Below, piece by piece: positions 12,338-24,885 of a stretch of 64,000 nucleotides of DNA (its first letter is position 1; every line of letters begins with the position of its first letter). The stretch lies in assembly GCA_001600695.1 (NCBI GenBank), contig BCKQ01000003.1, forward strand, positions 353,849 to 417,848, given 5' to 3'. The notes under the pieces were generated by a model. The model was not told the DNA's origin. It did not search any database and saw only the letters and a program-made list of their open reading frames with translations. This DNA comes from Ascoidea asiatica JCM 7603. Taxonomy: Eukaryota; Fungi; Ascomycota. A program made the position numbers and the translations under genes.

Positions 12338-13465
12338 ATTATTACTATTATTACTAATATTATTTAACGGTATTTGAGAAGGATTATTATTTGACACAAC
12401 AGTATTTTCAGATAAATTTCTTTTAATTATGAAACCCATTCTTTTTGCAGATTTTTGAGTTACAAAATTATCTGAAACAGATTTTGATCTATCTAAATCA
12501 GGAGCAGTATTTAAAACATTATCTAAACTTTTCATATTTGCAGAAGAACTTGACGTTACAGTTATTGGAGTTATTGGAGGTAAATTTGATAAATGTTGTT
12601 TTTGTTGATTTGGTAAGGTTAAAGTTGTTGTTTTTATATTTCCATTAGTAATAGGAATTGAAAAATTATTAATATGAATTGGATCAGGTATATTATTTAC
12701 ATTATTTATATTATTTATATTGGTTGGAGTATTATTTGATGATAAAAATCTTTTAATCTGACTTATATAAAAAATTTTATAATCTTCTTCTTTAAAATTT
12801 AAATCATGTAAAGCATAAGTATTATTTAATTGCAGAGAATCTTTATTATCAGTTAAAATAGTATTATTGTTTATATTATTAATATTATTATTATTATTAT
12901 TATTATTTGAATTTAAATTTTGAGAAGGTAATGATCTTAAAGGAATTTTATCATTAATACCTAAAGATTTATTTTTATTATCATTAATTAATTTATTTAT
13001 ATTTGTTACAATATTTGCATGAGATTTAATTAAAGGATTACCATCAATATTAAAAATAGATAAATCATTCATTGATAAAATTTGATTTGGTATAAAATTA
13101 AAACTATTATTTGAAATTAATAAAACTTTTAAATTTTTTAAAAAACCAATATTTTTTGGTAAATCAGATAAAAAATTATTATTAATTTCTAAGATTTTTA
13201 AATTTTTACAATTTATTAAAATTTCAGGAAATTTTTCAAAATTATTATAATTTAAATCAAGATATTTTAAATTATTTAAGAAATTGAAATAAATTGGTAA
13301 ATTTGATAAAAAATTAGATCTTAAAGATAAAGATTCACAATTTTCTTTAATTAATTCAATTAATTCAATTGGAATTGAAGTTAATTTTAAATCAATTAAT
13401 TTTATACCATTTGAATTTTTAATTAATTGATCTTTTGTTAATTGAATTAATTTTAATTTATCCAT
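9413..13465 (-). CDS. SOG2: RAM-network leucine-rich-repeat protein Sog2
   Basis: N-terminal LRRs; KSAKRMGFI; YFKRLSTLP; EANRKLLFAISEIH..VRRF; FIRMLLLSIYGSYSELFNAW. Confidence 0.88.
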
Positions 13466-14131
13466 TTTTATTAATATTTATTTTGTTATTTAATTGTTTT
13501 ATTTCTTTTTTCAAAAATAAAAAAGTAAAAAAAAAAAAAAAAATAAAACTAAAGTAACTAAATAAGGATGAAATTATAATTGAATGAATCAATTTCAATA
13601 TACTAAAGTATTTTATAAAGTATATTTATTATTGATTTGATAAAATTTGGTAATTGAAATGATAATATTCAAAGTAATCAAGTTATTAATCTTTAATTTA
13701 TTGATTAATTGATTAATTGATTAATTGATTACTCCTTAGTATTTTGATTATTGATTATCCTTTAATGTTTAATGTTTATTGTATTGATTTATATTTTATT
13801 TTGGCAGTTTAGATAAAAATGATATTTTTTAGGTGTTTTGATTCAAAATTTGAATATTTATAAAATAAAATCCGGCTTATGAAGTAGCAGCAGAAGCAGT
13901 TGCAGAGTTGCAGAGTTGCAGAGTTGCAGAGTGGAAAGGAGTGGAAAAGTTTGCCGTGCAGCGTTGCGGTTGCTGGTTTAGGAAGGTGGAGAGGGCCTTG
14001 GAGTGAGGTACCAGAGAGGAGGGTCTAATGTAGTGTAAGGTAAGTGTACGTGACCCGTGTTCCTGGTTTTCAGTTTTTTTATTGATTACGTAATACGTTA
14101 TATAAGCGATATTTAATTATTTATTTATTTA

Positions 14132-14774
14132 TTATTTTGATATATCAATTTGATAATCTAAGACTAATTTTTCAATATTTTCAGCAAATTCTCTAAATAA
14201 AGGATCATTCAATTTATCTTTTATAGTTTTAATCATTAATAAATCATTTCCAATAAAATATTTATTTTTATTATTTGAATTCAATTTATCTAATTCATTA
14301 ATTTTCTCTGATTTTTCATATTTTTCAGAATCAATTTCAAATATATTCGAATCATTCAATTGAGATTGAATATGAAGTTGAGATTGAATTTGAGAATGAA
14401 TTTGAGAATGAATTTGAGAATGTAAAAGATTTTGATTTAATTGTGGTTGAGAATAGAATTGTAAATTATTATTTGAGTTAATATTTAAATCTTTAACATT
14501 TAAATTATGTAGAATGAATAAATTTTTAATTTTAATTAAATGATTTAAATTTAATAAATTTATTTGAAATTTTTTTAAAACAATATTAAAATTTGAATCA
14601 AATAATAAATATTTAAAACCAATAATTAAATCTTTAATTAAAATTAAAATTGGAGGTTCTGAATTTAATTTAATAAAATTATTAAATTTATAATATAATT
14701 GAAATATATCAATTTCTTCCTAAATTTATTATTTAATTTTTGTTAATATATAAATTCTAATTTAATTCAAAGTT

Positions 14775-14808
<34 letters not shown>

Positions 14809-14899
14809 AATATATATATAAATATGGTAAAATTATACTAAAATTTGAGATTTCCAAAGAATTTTTAATTTAATTAAAGGAAAATTATATTCATTATTA

Positions 14900-14945
<46 letters not shown>

Positions 14946-15144
14946 TTTCTTTATTATTATTAAAAGTAGGTATTAAATCTAAAGATAAATCAGTTCTATA
15001 AGGATAATGAATAAGCGCTGAAGAATTAGAATTGGAATTACAATTAGAATTATAATTAGAATTTAATAAACCTGAAGGAGAAGGAGTTAAATTTGAAGAA
15101 TATGAATATTTTCTTATTGGAATACTTGTACTTTTATTATTCAT
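14132..15144 (-). CDS. REC114: Meiotic recombination protein Rec114, two exons: 15144-14839 and 14719-14132 (~297 aa)
   Basis: Exon 1 IPIRKYSYS...PSG resembles the Rec114 PH-like N-terminus (IKKYS). The splice joins in frame to EEIDI...IIGFKYL...LKKFQINL (cf. IISCKY...LRRFQMNL) and the C-terminal IKDKLNDPLFREFAENIEKL Rec114 motif. Exon 2 is 588 nt and open. Confidence 0.82.
14720..14838 (-). other. Spliceosomal intron of REC114 (119 nt)
   Basis: 5' GTATAA, branch-like TATTAAC about 20-27 nt before a TTAG 3' site, internal (TA)n tract; phase-0 removal restores one ORF. Confidence 0.78.
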
Positions 15145-17785
15145 TTTGAAATGATTAAGTGATTGAATTATCAATTGAAATAATAAAAAAGAATATAAAG
15201 ATATAAAGATATAAAGATATAAAGAAATAGATGAATAATAGAAATAGAGTAAGTAAATATATAATTAAATTTAATTGAGATTATATTACAACCAACATTG
15301 GATACAGATTGAGACCAATACTGTGGATGGTCAGGGTAAGAGGTATAAAATTAAATGGCGCTGACATTAATTTTAATTTTACTTGAAGATCCGAAAAGGA
15401 ATAATTCAGATTCGTAGCAGCAGCAGAAGCAGAGAAAAGAGCAAATTATTTATCCGCAAGCTGTTCCCTCAAATGAAAAAGCAAATAAAAAAATCAACGG
15501 TCTTTGAAGAAGAAGATCAAAAGTCGGGTGGAAAAGCGGGTCAGGGAAACTTAAGCAGGAAATGTTAAACTTTACCCGCAGCGGGAGATCGGGCCAGTAC
15601 CGGTCTCGGAGCATCCCCTGCAGCATCGGGAAACAACACTCACAATCGGAACTGGGCAAAAGTAATCCTGGAACTAGCCGTAGAACTGGAGCCCGAAGTA
15701 AAGCAGGAATCATCCCCTCTTAAGTGGATGAGTTCTTATCTAAAGTAACGTTAACAAAGTGTTTTGGGTGCCCCTAATGATGACAGATTATTTAGTAGAT
15801 AAAAATGAATTATTAAAATTGAAATTTCAATGTCAGATTATTTTATAATTAAAATTAATTAGGTATATAAATCAAAACTACATACAGTAGTAATAAAATT
15901 AGACTAATACATCACAATTCAAATCTCAGATTCATATCTCATATTCGTAAAGTTTTCTAAAATTGATTGGATATTTTGATATCGAATTAAATTCAATTGA
16001 TAAGAAATTAAAAATAAATTCTTTTTTAATTTAAGAAAAAGTAAGTTAAAGAAAATTCTTTACTTATTTGAAATCTGGGCTATGAGAAAAAAAGTACAAA
16101 AAAAAAAAAAACATTGGCAATTTTCAAATAAAATTAAATGAAATGAAATGAAATGAAACTAAAGATATGAATATGAATCTAAAGAATCTAGAAATAAATG
16201 TTTACCAAAGATAATAATAATAATTATTTAGGCGATGATTTATTAGAGTAATTATATACTGTAGTTTTGAAACATGTGCTTGAAATTTCGTAAATGAAAA
16301 AACAACATGGCCTAATTATTCCAATGAATTCTATGAAATTGAAGTAAGCCTAGAATTGTTTAAAACAAACAAAAGTAAGAGAATTAGCATAAAATACTAA
16401 AAATTGCACTAAAGATTGTATAATTTCTCCACTACGGTATCGTGCTTTGGAAATACAGCTCGCTTTTTCTTTGCCAGTCACGATACCAGCGAGAAAGAAG
16501 CGAGAAAACACCACGATAACACTGCGATAAGAAAACACTCGTTTCAAGCTCGGCAGAATTGCAAAATTGCAGAGTGGCTTCACTTAGCACAGGTCTGACC
16601 CTGCCCCCAACGACTCCTGCTAGCGAGGGTGGGGGGTTGAGTCCGGTCTCGCAAGTCAACTCTCAACTCCGCTCCTCACACACACCCGCAAGGGAAACAG
16701 ACCCACGGGACACTGGACACGGGACACACCCCCTGCCAACTGCAACAAATGGTGCAACGAGTGCCAAAGACAACCCGCTGCCAATAGGGGGTATCCGGGC
16801 CTGGTATGCTGTTACCCTCGAGGTGCCCGCATTAGTGCATGGCGTGAGACCCGCGAAGAGTGAAACCAGGCGAGCCCTGTGACCAACGCAAACATTTGAC
16901 TTTACTCTACTTGCTTGTGTTACGCTCTTTGCGTGTTTGTTCACTTGCGTTTTTTCTGCGTTTTTTCTGCGTTTTTGCAGTGTTTCTGTCTCTGGGTGAG
17001 TCGAGAACTGGAACTGGAACTGGAACTGGAACAGAACTGGAACTTTAAACTGCCCACGCAAACCCACCACCCCTGAACCGTTACCCTCCCGCCGTGCTCA
17101 ATTTTCCAAACAGGCATAATTTGGAAACAAAAAAATAAATTCTCTTACGAATCTATTTTCTATTGACTAAAGACTGAAGACTCTTAATCAATTATTGTTT
17201 TAGCACATTTATGCCATAAATAATTATCCAAGAATATTAAATATTAAATATTAAATATTAAATATTAAATATTATTAAATAATCATTATCAATGTATTTT
17301 TTTATTCTTTTACTGGAATTACTTTATTTTATTTTATTTTATTTTATTTCACTTCATTTGATTTAATTTAATTTAATTCTTTCTCTTTTCACAACTTCTG
17401 TTTAAAAGTTCTTTTCAACTTCTTTAATTTCTTCTATTTATACTCTTTTAACCCCAATGTTTTTATTTACAACCCCAATTTTATTCATCAATATAAATAT
17501 CAATATAAATATAAATATAAATATTACTTCTATATTACAATAATATACACTAATACAACAATATACAAAAATATATATAAATACTATTACTTTTCCATTT
17601 ATTTATTTACTTATTTACTTATTAATCTCATTTCATTTCATTTCAATAAAAATTACTTCTCTCTATCTCACTCACTCACTCACTCACACTCTCTCTCTCT
17701 CTCTCTCTATATCAATCGATCAATATCTCATCATTCACTTAATTCAATATATTATATAATAACTTAATAATAATTCATATTTAAA

Positions 17786-19186
17786 ATGTTAAATGGTTGT
17801 TATTTAGGTAATAATTTACAATTTATTAAAAAAATTGGTTCTGGTGCTTATGGAATTGTTTATTTAGTTCAAGATATTTTTACAAATAAAGAATATGCTT
17901 TAAAAATTGTATTTAAAAAACAACCTTCTTCTTCAACAACTTCAAATAACATAGTTGATAATAATAATAATAACAACAACAATAACAATAACAAAAATGA
18001 AAAAATTTCAATAAAAATTGAAAAATCTTTAGAAAATTATATAAAATTTCAAAATAATGGTCATTTAAATTCAAATAAAATTAATAATTTAGATTTAAAT
18101 ATTATTAAAAAATTTGGTTCAAATTGTAATTTATTAAAAGAAATCTCAATTCATTTAAAAGTTAATAATCATCCAAATATTCTTAAAATTTTTAAAGTTT
18201 TTGAATCAAATAATTTTTTATTTACTTTATTAGATTATTATAAAGAAGGTGATTTATTTTTAAATATTGTTGATAAAAAAATTTTTATACAAAATCCATT
18301 AAAAATTAAAAAAATTTTTATTCAATTAATTAATGCCATTTCTTATTGTCATTCAAAAGGTATTTATCATTGTGATATAAAACCAGAAAATATTTTAGTT
18401 TCGAATAATGGTAATAAAGTTGCTTTAGCTGATTTTGGTTTAGCAATTCAAAATGATTATGTTTCTGATAATTTATGTTGTGGTTCTTCATATTATATGG
18501 CCCCAGAAAGATTAATATCTCATGATAATCAATTTATAAATAAATTAATTAATTCAACAATTAATTCAAATCATAATAATTTAGATACTATTAATAATAA
18601 TAATTATAATAATAATAATTATAATCATAATAATCATTTATATGTTAAAAAAAATGGTAATCATTATTATCCAACTGCAGCTGGTGATATTTGGTCATTA
18701 GGTATAATTTTAATAAATTTAATTTGTATAAGAAATCCATGGATGAAAGCATCTTTAAAAGATGATACATTTAGAATTTTTTTAAAAAATAATTATATTT
18801 TATATAAAATTTTACCAATTTCAACTGAATTAAATGATTTATTAATTCATCATTTTTTTATCTTAGATCCTTTTAAAAGATGTTTAAATAATAATTCAAT
18901 TGAATCTTTAAATATTATTAAAAATAAAATTATTAATTTAAGATCTTTAAGTAAAAATGGTCCATTATCAATTTGTGATATATATTATGATAATGATTTT
19001 ATAATCAATAATAATACTAATAATAATAATAATTTCAATTCAATAACTATTGATAACAATAATAATAATTATAATAATGATAATAAAGAAAATGAAATTA
19101 TTTATTGTAATGATAATAATTTAATTGATCCAAAAGATAAAAATACATATACATTTGTTAAACATTTTTTCCATCAGAAATATGCC

Positions 19187-19229
<43 letters not shown>

Positions 19230-19693
19230 GTATAAGTAAGAAAAGTCTTTATAATAATAATCATTTATATCATAAAACATCACCAAGAAATTCAGTTACA
19301 AGTTTAAAAAATTTAAATACAATAACTTTATTAAATTATATTAATTCAAATAAAAATATTAATATAAGTGGTAATAGTAATATTACAAATAGTAATAGTT
19401 ATGGATCATCATCAAATTCTTCTATAAATTCATCAATTAATTCATCAATTAATTCATCATTAAATAATTCACCAATATCATCAATTGTATCATCAAGAAC
19501 ATCATCAGAATCAGAATCAGGTTCTTCACCATCTTCTACGTCATCATCATCATCATGTTCTTCATCATCAATATTTCAAGAAGATAATTTTAATGAAAAT
19601 TATTTAGAGAAAAAAATATCACCATTATCAGAAGAATTTAAATCAACAAATGATAAATTATTAGATTATTTATCAAATAAAGTAAATATTAAT

Positions 19694-19742
<49 letters not shown>

Positions 19743-20029
19743 TGAATAATGTTGGTAATGGATGTCCATTTGTATTTTATAATGGTACAGAATATAATAA
19801 TCATACATATAAAATAAATGATGAATATAATAATAGTAATGTTAATAACGTCAATAATAACAATACATTCAATAATACATTGAATAATAATGAACAATAT
19901 CAATATCAAAATCAAACTTCTAATTCTAATACTAATACTAATACTAATACTAATACTAATACTAATACTAATACTAATCCAAATAATAACAATAATTCAA
20001 ATCAAATAAACTTCATTGGTTGTTTATGA
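17786..20029 (+). CDS. SKS1: Ran1-family Ser/Thr kinase (Sks1/Vhs1 ortholog)
   Basis: IGSGAYGIVY, HCDIKPENI, DFGLA, GSSYYMAPER, AGDIWSLGIILINLICIRNPW.KA; long N/S-rich tail. Confidence 0.85.
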
Positions 20030-20221
20030 ACGAACCAATATATAATAATCTAATTTAATCCTTTTATTTTTTTCATCTTTTTTTATATCTAATTATTCAC
20101 TTCTTTAAATATATATTACTACTGGCTATATTATAATTTAATTATTTAATTATTTAATTATTTAATTATTCATATATTTTTTGCATTTCCTTTTTTAATT
20201 TTTTTTTTTAAATATTTATTA

Positions 20222-20254
<33 letters not shown>

Positions 20255-20742
20255 AACATTGTGTTTTATGAATCTTTATGAAATTAATTTTATGTAATAT
20301 TTGATTCTGGGTTATATTATTATTATTTTCAAATTTATTTTACTTTTTATTTATTATTTTTCAATATATATTTATACAATTATAAATTTAATAAACATAA
20401 ATCATTTCATTTGCATTCTTTATTAATTGAATTAAATTAAATATATTAATATTCTATGTATAAATTAGATACACTTTTAATAAATTTTAAGAAATATTCA
20501 AAATCACGTGGTGTTACCTAATCAACATAATTTCCAATTTTTTGGATTGATTTTTTGAATTTGAATGTTTTTTTTTTCTTGAATTTTCTTTTTTATTGTG
20601 TTGTTTTTTAGGGGGAAATTTGGAGAATGAAAATTGGAGAATTAAATTTGAATTTGATTTTGCTCCTCTTTCACCTTTTCAGTTTCAACGAACTGAGATA
20701 TCATCCCCATTCAAAGTGCAGTGCTAGTGTTGCAAAGGAAAC

Positions 20743-20922
20743 GGACCCACTGCCCTGGACCCACTGCCCTGGACCCAGCCTGCTGCTCTGCTTCTTTCTC
20801 TGCTTTTTTCTCTGTTTACGCTCGTTCTCCTCTTTTCCCGCTTCAGCTCCCACTCCCCAACAATCGACAATTAGCAGTCAACACAGCCACTCGGTGCACA
20901 GCCACTCGGTGCACAGCCACTC
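20743..20922. repeat. Two GC-rich short tandem repeats: (GGACCCACTGCCCT)x2.5 and (CACAGCCACTCGGTG)x2.7
   Basis: Read directly at 20743-20777 and 20882-20922. Confidence 0.85.
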
Positions 20923-23381
20923 TCTTCCTTCCCCCGAGTCAGCTCCAGGTCGTGTCTCAGAGTCAAAATGTCATGGATTGAATCTAATTGAATCCACAGA
21001 TCTGGGGTTGGGTTTTCGGGGAATGAAAATTATTTCAAATTGAGAAGTCCCTTAAAAATGGTCTCGATTCAATTTTAATTTATTTATAACTGAATTCAAT
21101 GATTAATTATTTGAATCATTGAATACATATTAAGAATCTTAAGAATATTAATAAAATAATTAGGAATAATAAGAATATATTTCTTAATATATTCGTTAAT
21201 AGAATCTTGAATAATCTTCAATAATGCTTAATAACCTTTAATATTAATGGGGTTATGGAGGTATGGAGGTATGGAGTTATGGAATTTAAAATGTTTAAAT
21301 AATGCAATAATGCAATAAAGTAATAAGGTAATTAAAAATGTAATAAAGTGAATATTAAAATCTTAAGATAATGATATTGATAATGATATTGATAATGATA
21401 TTGATAATGATAATGATAAAGAATAATATTTTTTTAAATAAATTCCTCAATATATTTATTATTAATTAATTTATATTAAATTATTAGTCGAGAAATAAAT
21501 TGGTTGGTTATTATTATTCAACTACGGTAGTTAAATTCCATATAATAATATTCTATTCATATACTATATTAAATTATTCAATAATATTCTTCCGTAATTT
21601 AACTGTAATTACTGTATTAATAGTTTTATCTTAAATCAATAAATCCAAAATAATGATTAACTAATGATAACTAATGATAACTAATGATATAAATAATGAT
21701 ATGAATAATGATTAAAATTTATGCATTTAATTTTTTTTTTATAAATTATTCTTTTAAATGAATAATTATTAATATTATATTACAATACAATACAATACAA
21801 TAAAATACAATAAAATACAATACAATCGGACCCGTGATCTAAGTCAAATTGAAATTAAAATAATTTAATCCTTTTTTTTAAAAAAAATTCTAAATTACAT
21901 TTTTTTAATATTAAATGACCCGATAATTAAAAAACCCAAAAAACCCAAAAAACCCGTTACCCATTACCCACGAACATGATATTGAATGCACCGTGGAAAG
22001 GTGCCGGAATTTTTATTCCGGTACAACTGTGCAACTTTGGTTTATTGCTGTAGACCTCTTCTATCGGGATGACAACATATCCGTGATTAAATTATAAGTC
22101 AATTTCAATTCAATTTTACCGGTTGACTCAAAACTTAAATAATGAAAAAGTGTATTTAGTAATATTTTTACTATTCACCACTCCTTTGTTTTATTTTTTA
22201 TTTTTTAAATATTTTATCCCACCAATAAATTCCAAATTAAATTACTAATAAATGTATTTTTAATCATGATCTACTAATAAACTAATAAAATGAAAAATTT
22301 GAAAAATTTGAAAAATTTCACTTGATGACTATTGAATTAATTGAAAGCCTAATAGGATCCTATTAAGTTTATGAAATTTTACGTTCCATTTAATTATTAA
22401 ATAACCGATATCGATAATTGATTTAAATTTATTAATTTGTAATGAAAAAAGAAGCAAAAGAAGAAGCAAGAAGAAGAAAAATGATAAAAAATGATAATTT
22501 TCAATTTCAATTGTAATTCACACCCAGTGATACTGATAAATTATTATCATAGAAATGGATAAATTAATTTTATATCCACTGTGAAAAAACGTGATTTTCA
22601 ATTGAATCAAATTTTTCATTCTTTATTCTTTAAAATCATTTTTTAAAATTATTTTTATTTTGGCCCCGTTTCGGACTTTTTCTGAACCCGTTTTTGCTTC
22701 TGTGGGTCACACCAAATAAATCCCTTCTTGAAACCAAATTTAATCAATAATAATCAATAATAATCAATTACTTAAACAAATTGAGTAAATTACAGATTTA
22801 TTTCAATCAAAAAGAGTCCCACAGTTTTGGACTCTATTCAGAAAACTAATCGGAATTCAATCCCTTTTCAATAAATCATACTGTTTTATTATTATTATTC
22901 AATCAATCAATCAATTAGTTAATCAATAACTACAATTATATTAAGAAATAATATTTAATGGTATGATATCTCATTTAATGAATAATTAATATAATTAAAT
23001 TTGAATATTATCGGATTCTTTATCTTCATATTATTATTAATATTAATATTAATATTAATAATAAAAAAATGTTTGAATGATTTTTGACCACATAAAAGTT
23101 TAAATAAAATTCTATTTTAAATGGAGATACTAATTCTTTTAAATATTTCTTCTACCAAAAATCATAAGAAAATAAATCTTCAAGAACTTTCAAGAACCTT
23201 ACAAATAGAAATGTAAAGTGACGTTCTTGAAATCTTTGGTTTTAATCACTTGAAATAAAAAAAAAAAAAAAGAATTTAAAAGAGAAAACAAGAATAAATT
23301 CAAATTTAAATCAAAATCTTCTTTTCAAAATCTCAAATGAAAAAAAAAAAAATATTTTAATAGGGCTTTTTTTTAAACCAA

Positions 23382-23460
23382 GATCACATGAAAATCACAT
23401 GACTTAAACTTAGCCACAATCAATTTATTTAGCCACACAATTCACGTGCTCGTCAGCCTC
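23382..23460. promoter_or_regulatory. CAF20 promoter cluster: E-boxes (TCACATG x2, TCACGTG) plus TTAGCCAC x2 and CAGCCTC
   Basis: Motifs read directly 170-250 bp upstream of the ATG; Cbf1-type and Crz1/Met31-type cores. Confidence 0.55.
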
Positions 23461-23631
23461 TTCTTTTTATTTTTTTCTTTCATGAATTTTTTAAAAACCA
23501 TCAAAATTTATTAAAATTCAATGAATTTTATTAAAACTCATCAAATTGTAAAATTTTAGTCTTTTGTCTTTTTACTAATATTAGATTGGATTCAAATAAT
23601 AATAATTTGGGAAAAATATATTTTTAAAGAG

Positions 23632-24273
23632 ATGACAACTAAATATTCTGAAGAAGAACTTATTGAATTAAAATCAAATGGTATCTTAAATGAAATTGAT
23701 AAACCAATTGTTAAAGATTTTAATAATTTAATTAAACATGTTAAAGATTCTTTATTATCAAAAAGAAAACATAATCCAAATTCAATCTCAAATCATAATT
23801 TAAATCATAACTCAAATCATTATTCAAATTCTGGTTCTGCAATTGATGATGAATTCGTTGATGATAATAATCAACAATTTCATGAAATTAATCATCATTC
23901 TTTTCAACGTAGAAAATCAAGTAATAAATTTACTTTTAAAAAAAATCATTATAAAAAAATCCCATTCAATAAAAATATATTAGATCCAAATAATAATAAT
24001 AGTAATAGCAATAGTAGTACAAATAATAATCTTCTAAGTCCAGCTGATGCTGATGGTTGGGTAACCATGAATAATAGAAAAAAATCTTTTAATATGAATA
24101 ATAATGATGATAATAATAATAATAATAATAAAGAAGAATTTAAAGAATTTAAAGAATTTAGAGCTAAAAATAAAAATATAAATAATAATGGTCCTGCTGA
24201 TCAAGTTGTTGCTGAAAAACCTTCTTTAACCTTTAATGCTTTTAGTGCTTTAGGTGATGAAGAAGATATTTAA
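23632..24273 (+). CDS. CAF20: eIF4E-binding protein p20
   Basis: N-terminal YxxxxLphi (KYSEEELIELK), D.DGW.T motif, C-terminal FNAFSAL.DE. Confidence 0.88.
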   Translation: MTTKYSEEELIELKSNGILNEIDKPIVKDFNNLIKHVKDSLLSKRKHNPNSISNHNLNHNSNHYSNSGSAIDDEFVDDNNQQFHEINHHSFQRRKSSNKFTFKKNHYKKIPFNKNILDPNNNNSNSNSSTNNNLLSPADADGWVTMNNRKKSFNMNNNDDNNNNNNKEEFKEFKEFRAKNKNINNNGPADQVVAEKPSLTFNAFSALGDEEDI

Positions 24274-24885
24274 TATTTCAATTTTTTTTTCAATAAAGTA
24301 CTTGAAATTTAAAATAATAATAATAATAATAAAGCTTCTCTTTCTCTTTTCTATTTCTATTTCTATTTCAATTTCAATTTCCATTTCTCTTTATTTTAAT
24401 GTTTTTATGTTTTTTTTTTGATTTTTTTTTTTTTGACAACAACAAATAACAAGTATCAAATAAGTATCAAATAACTAATAAGTTTTATTTAAATCTATTC
24501 AATTCATAATTCAAATTATGAAAGATTTACTATATTATATTTTATTATGATTCTTAAATATAATAAATAATAATAATATATAGTATATTTATTTATTTGC
24601 TTATTTATCTTTACTTATTATTATCATTTTATAATATACAATAATCAATTTTATTATAATATTCCTTATACTAAATTATATTTATAATTAATATGAATCT
24701 ATAAGACTTTATTCTATAAGACTTTATATAAATTTATAAGAGTTTAAATTAAATCAATGCAAACAAAAAAACAAAAAAACAACAAAACAAAACAATACAA
24801 AACACAGCATTTAAATCAAAACAAAAGAAAAGAAAACAAAAACTTATAACAATACTGTCAATTACACTCAAATACAATTCAAAAA

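Noticed and set aside
4115-21043. GC-rich ORFs in promoter islands (4115-4990, 7171-7477, 15383-15713, 16350-17070, 20627-21043; likewise 28934-29128, 35377-35786, 39500-39819)
   Set aside because: Explained by stop-codon depletion in GC islands; overlapping frames on both strands, often non-ATG starts, codon usage unlike real genes and no recognisable domains.
22320-22540. Box C/D snoRNA candidate (TGATGA...CTGA)
   Set aside because: Box C is imperfect, there is no well-placed D box or terminal stem, and I recognised no rRNA guide.
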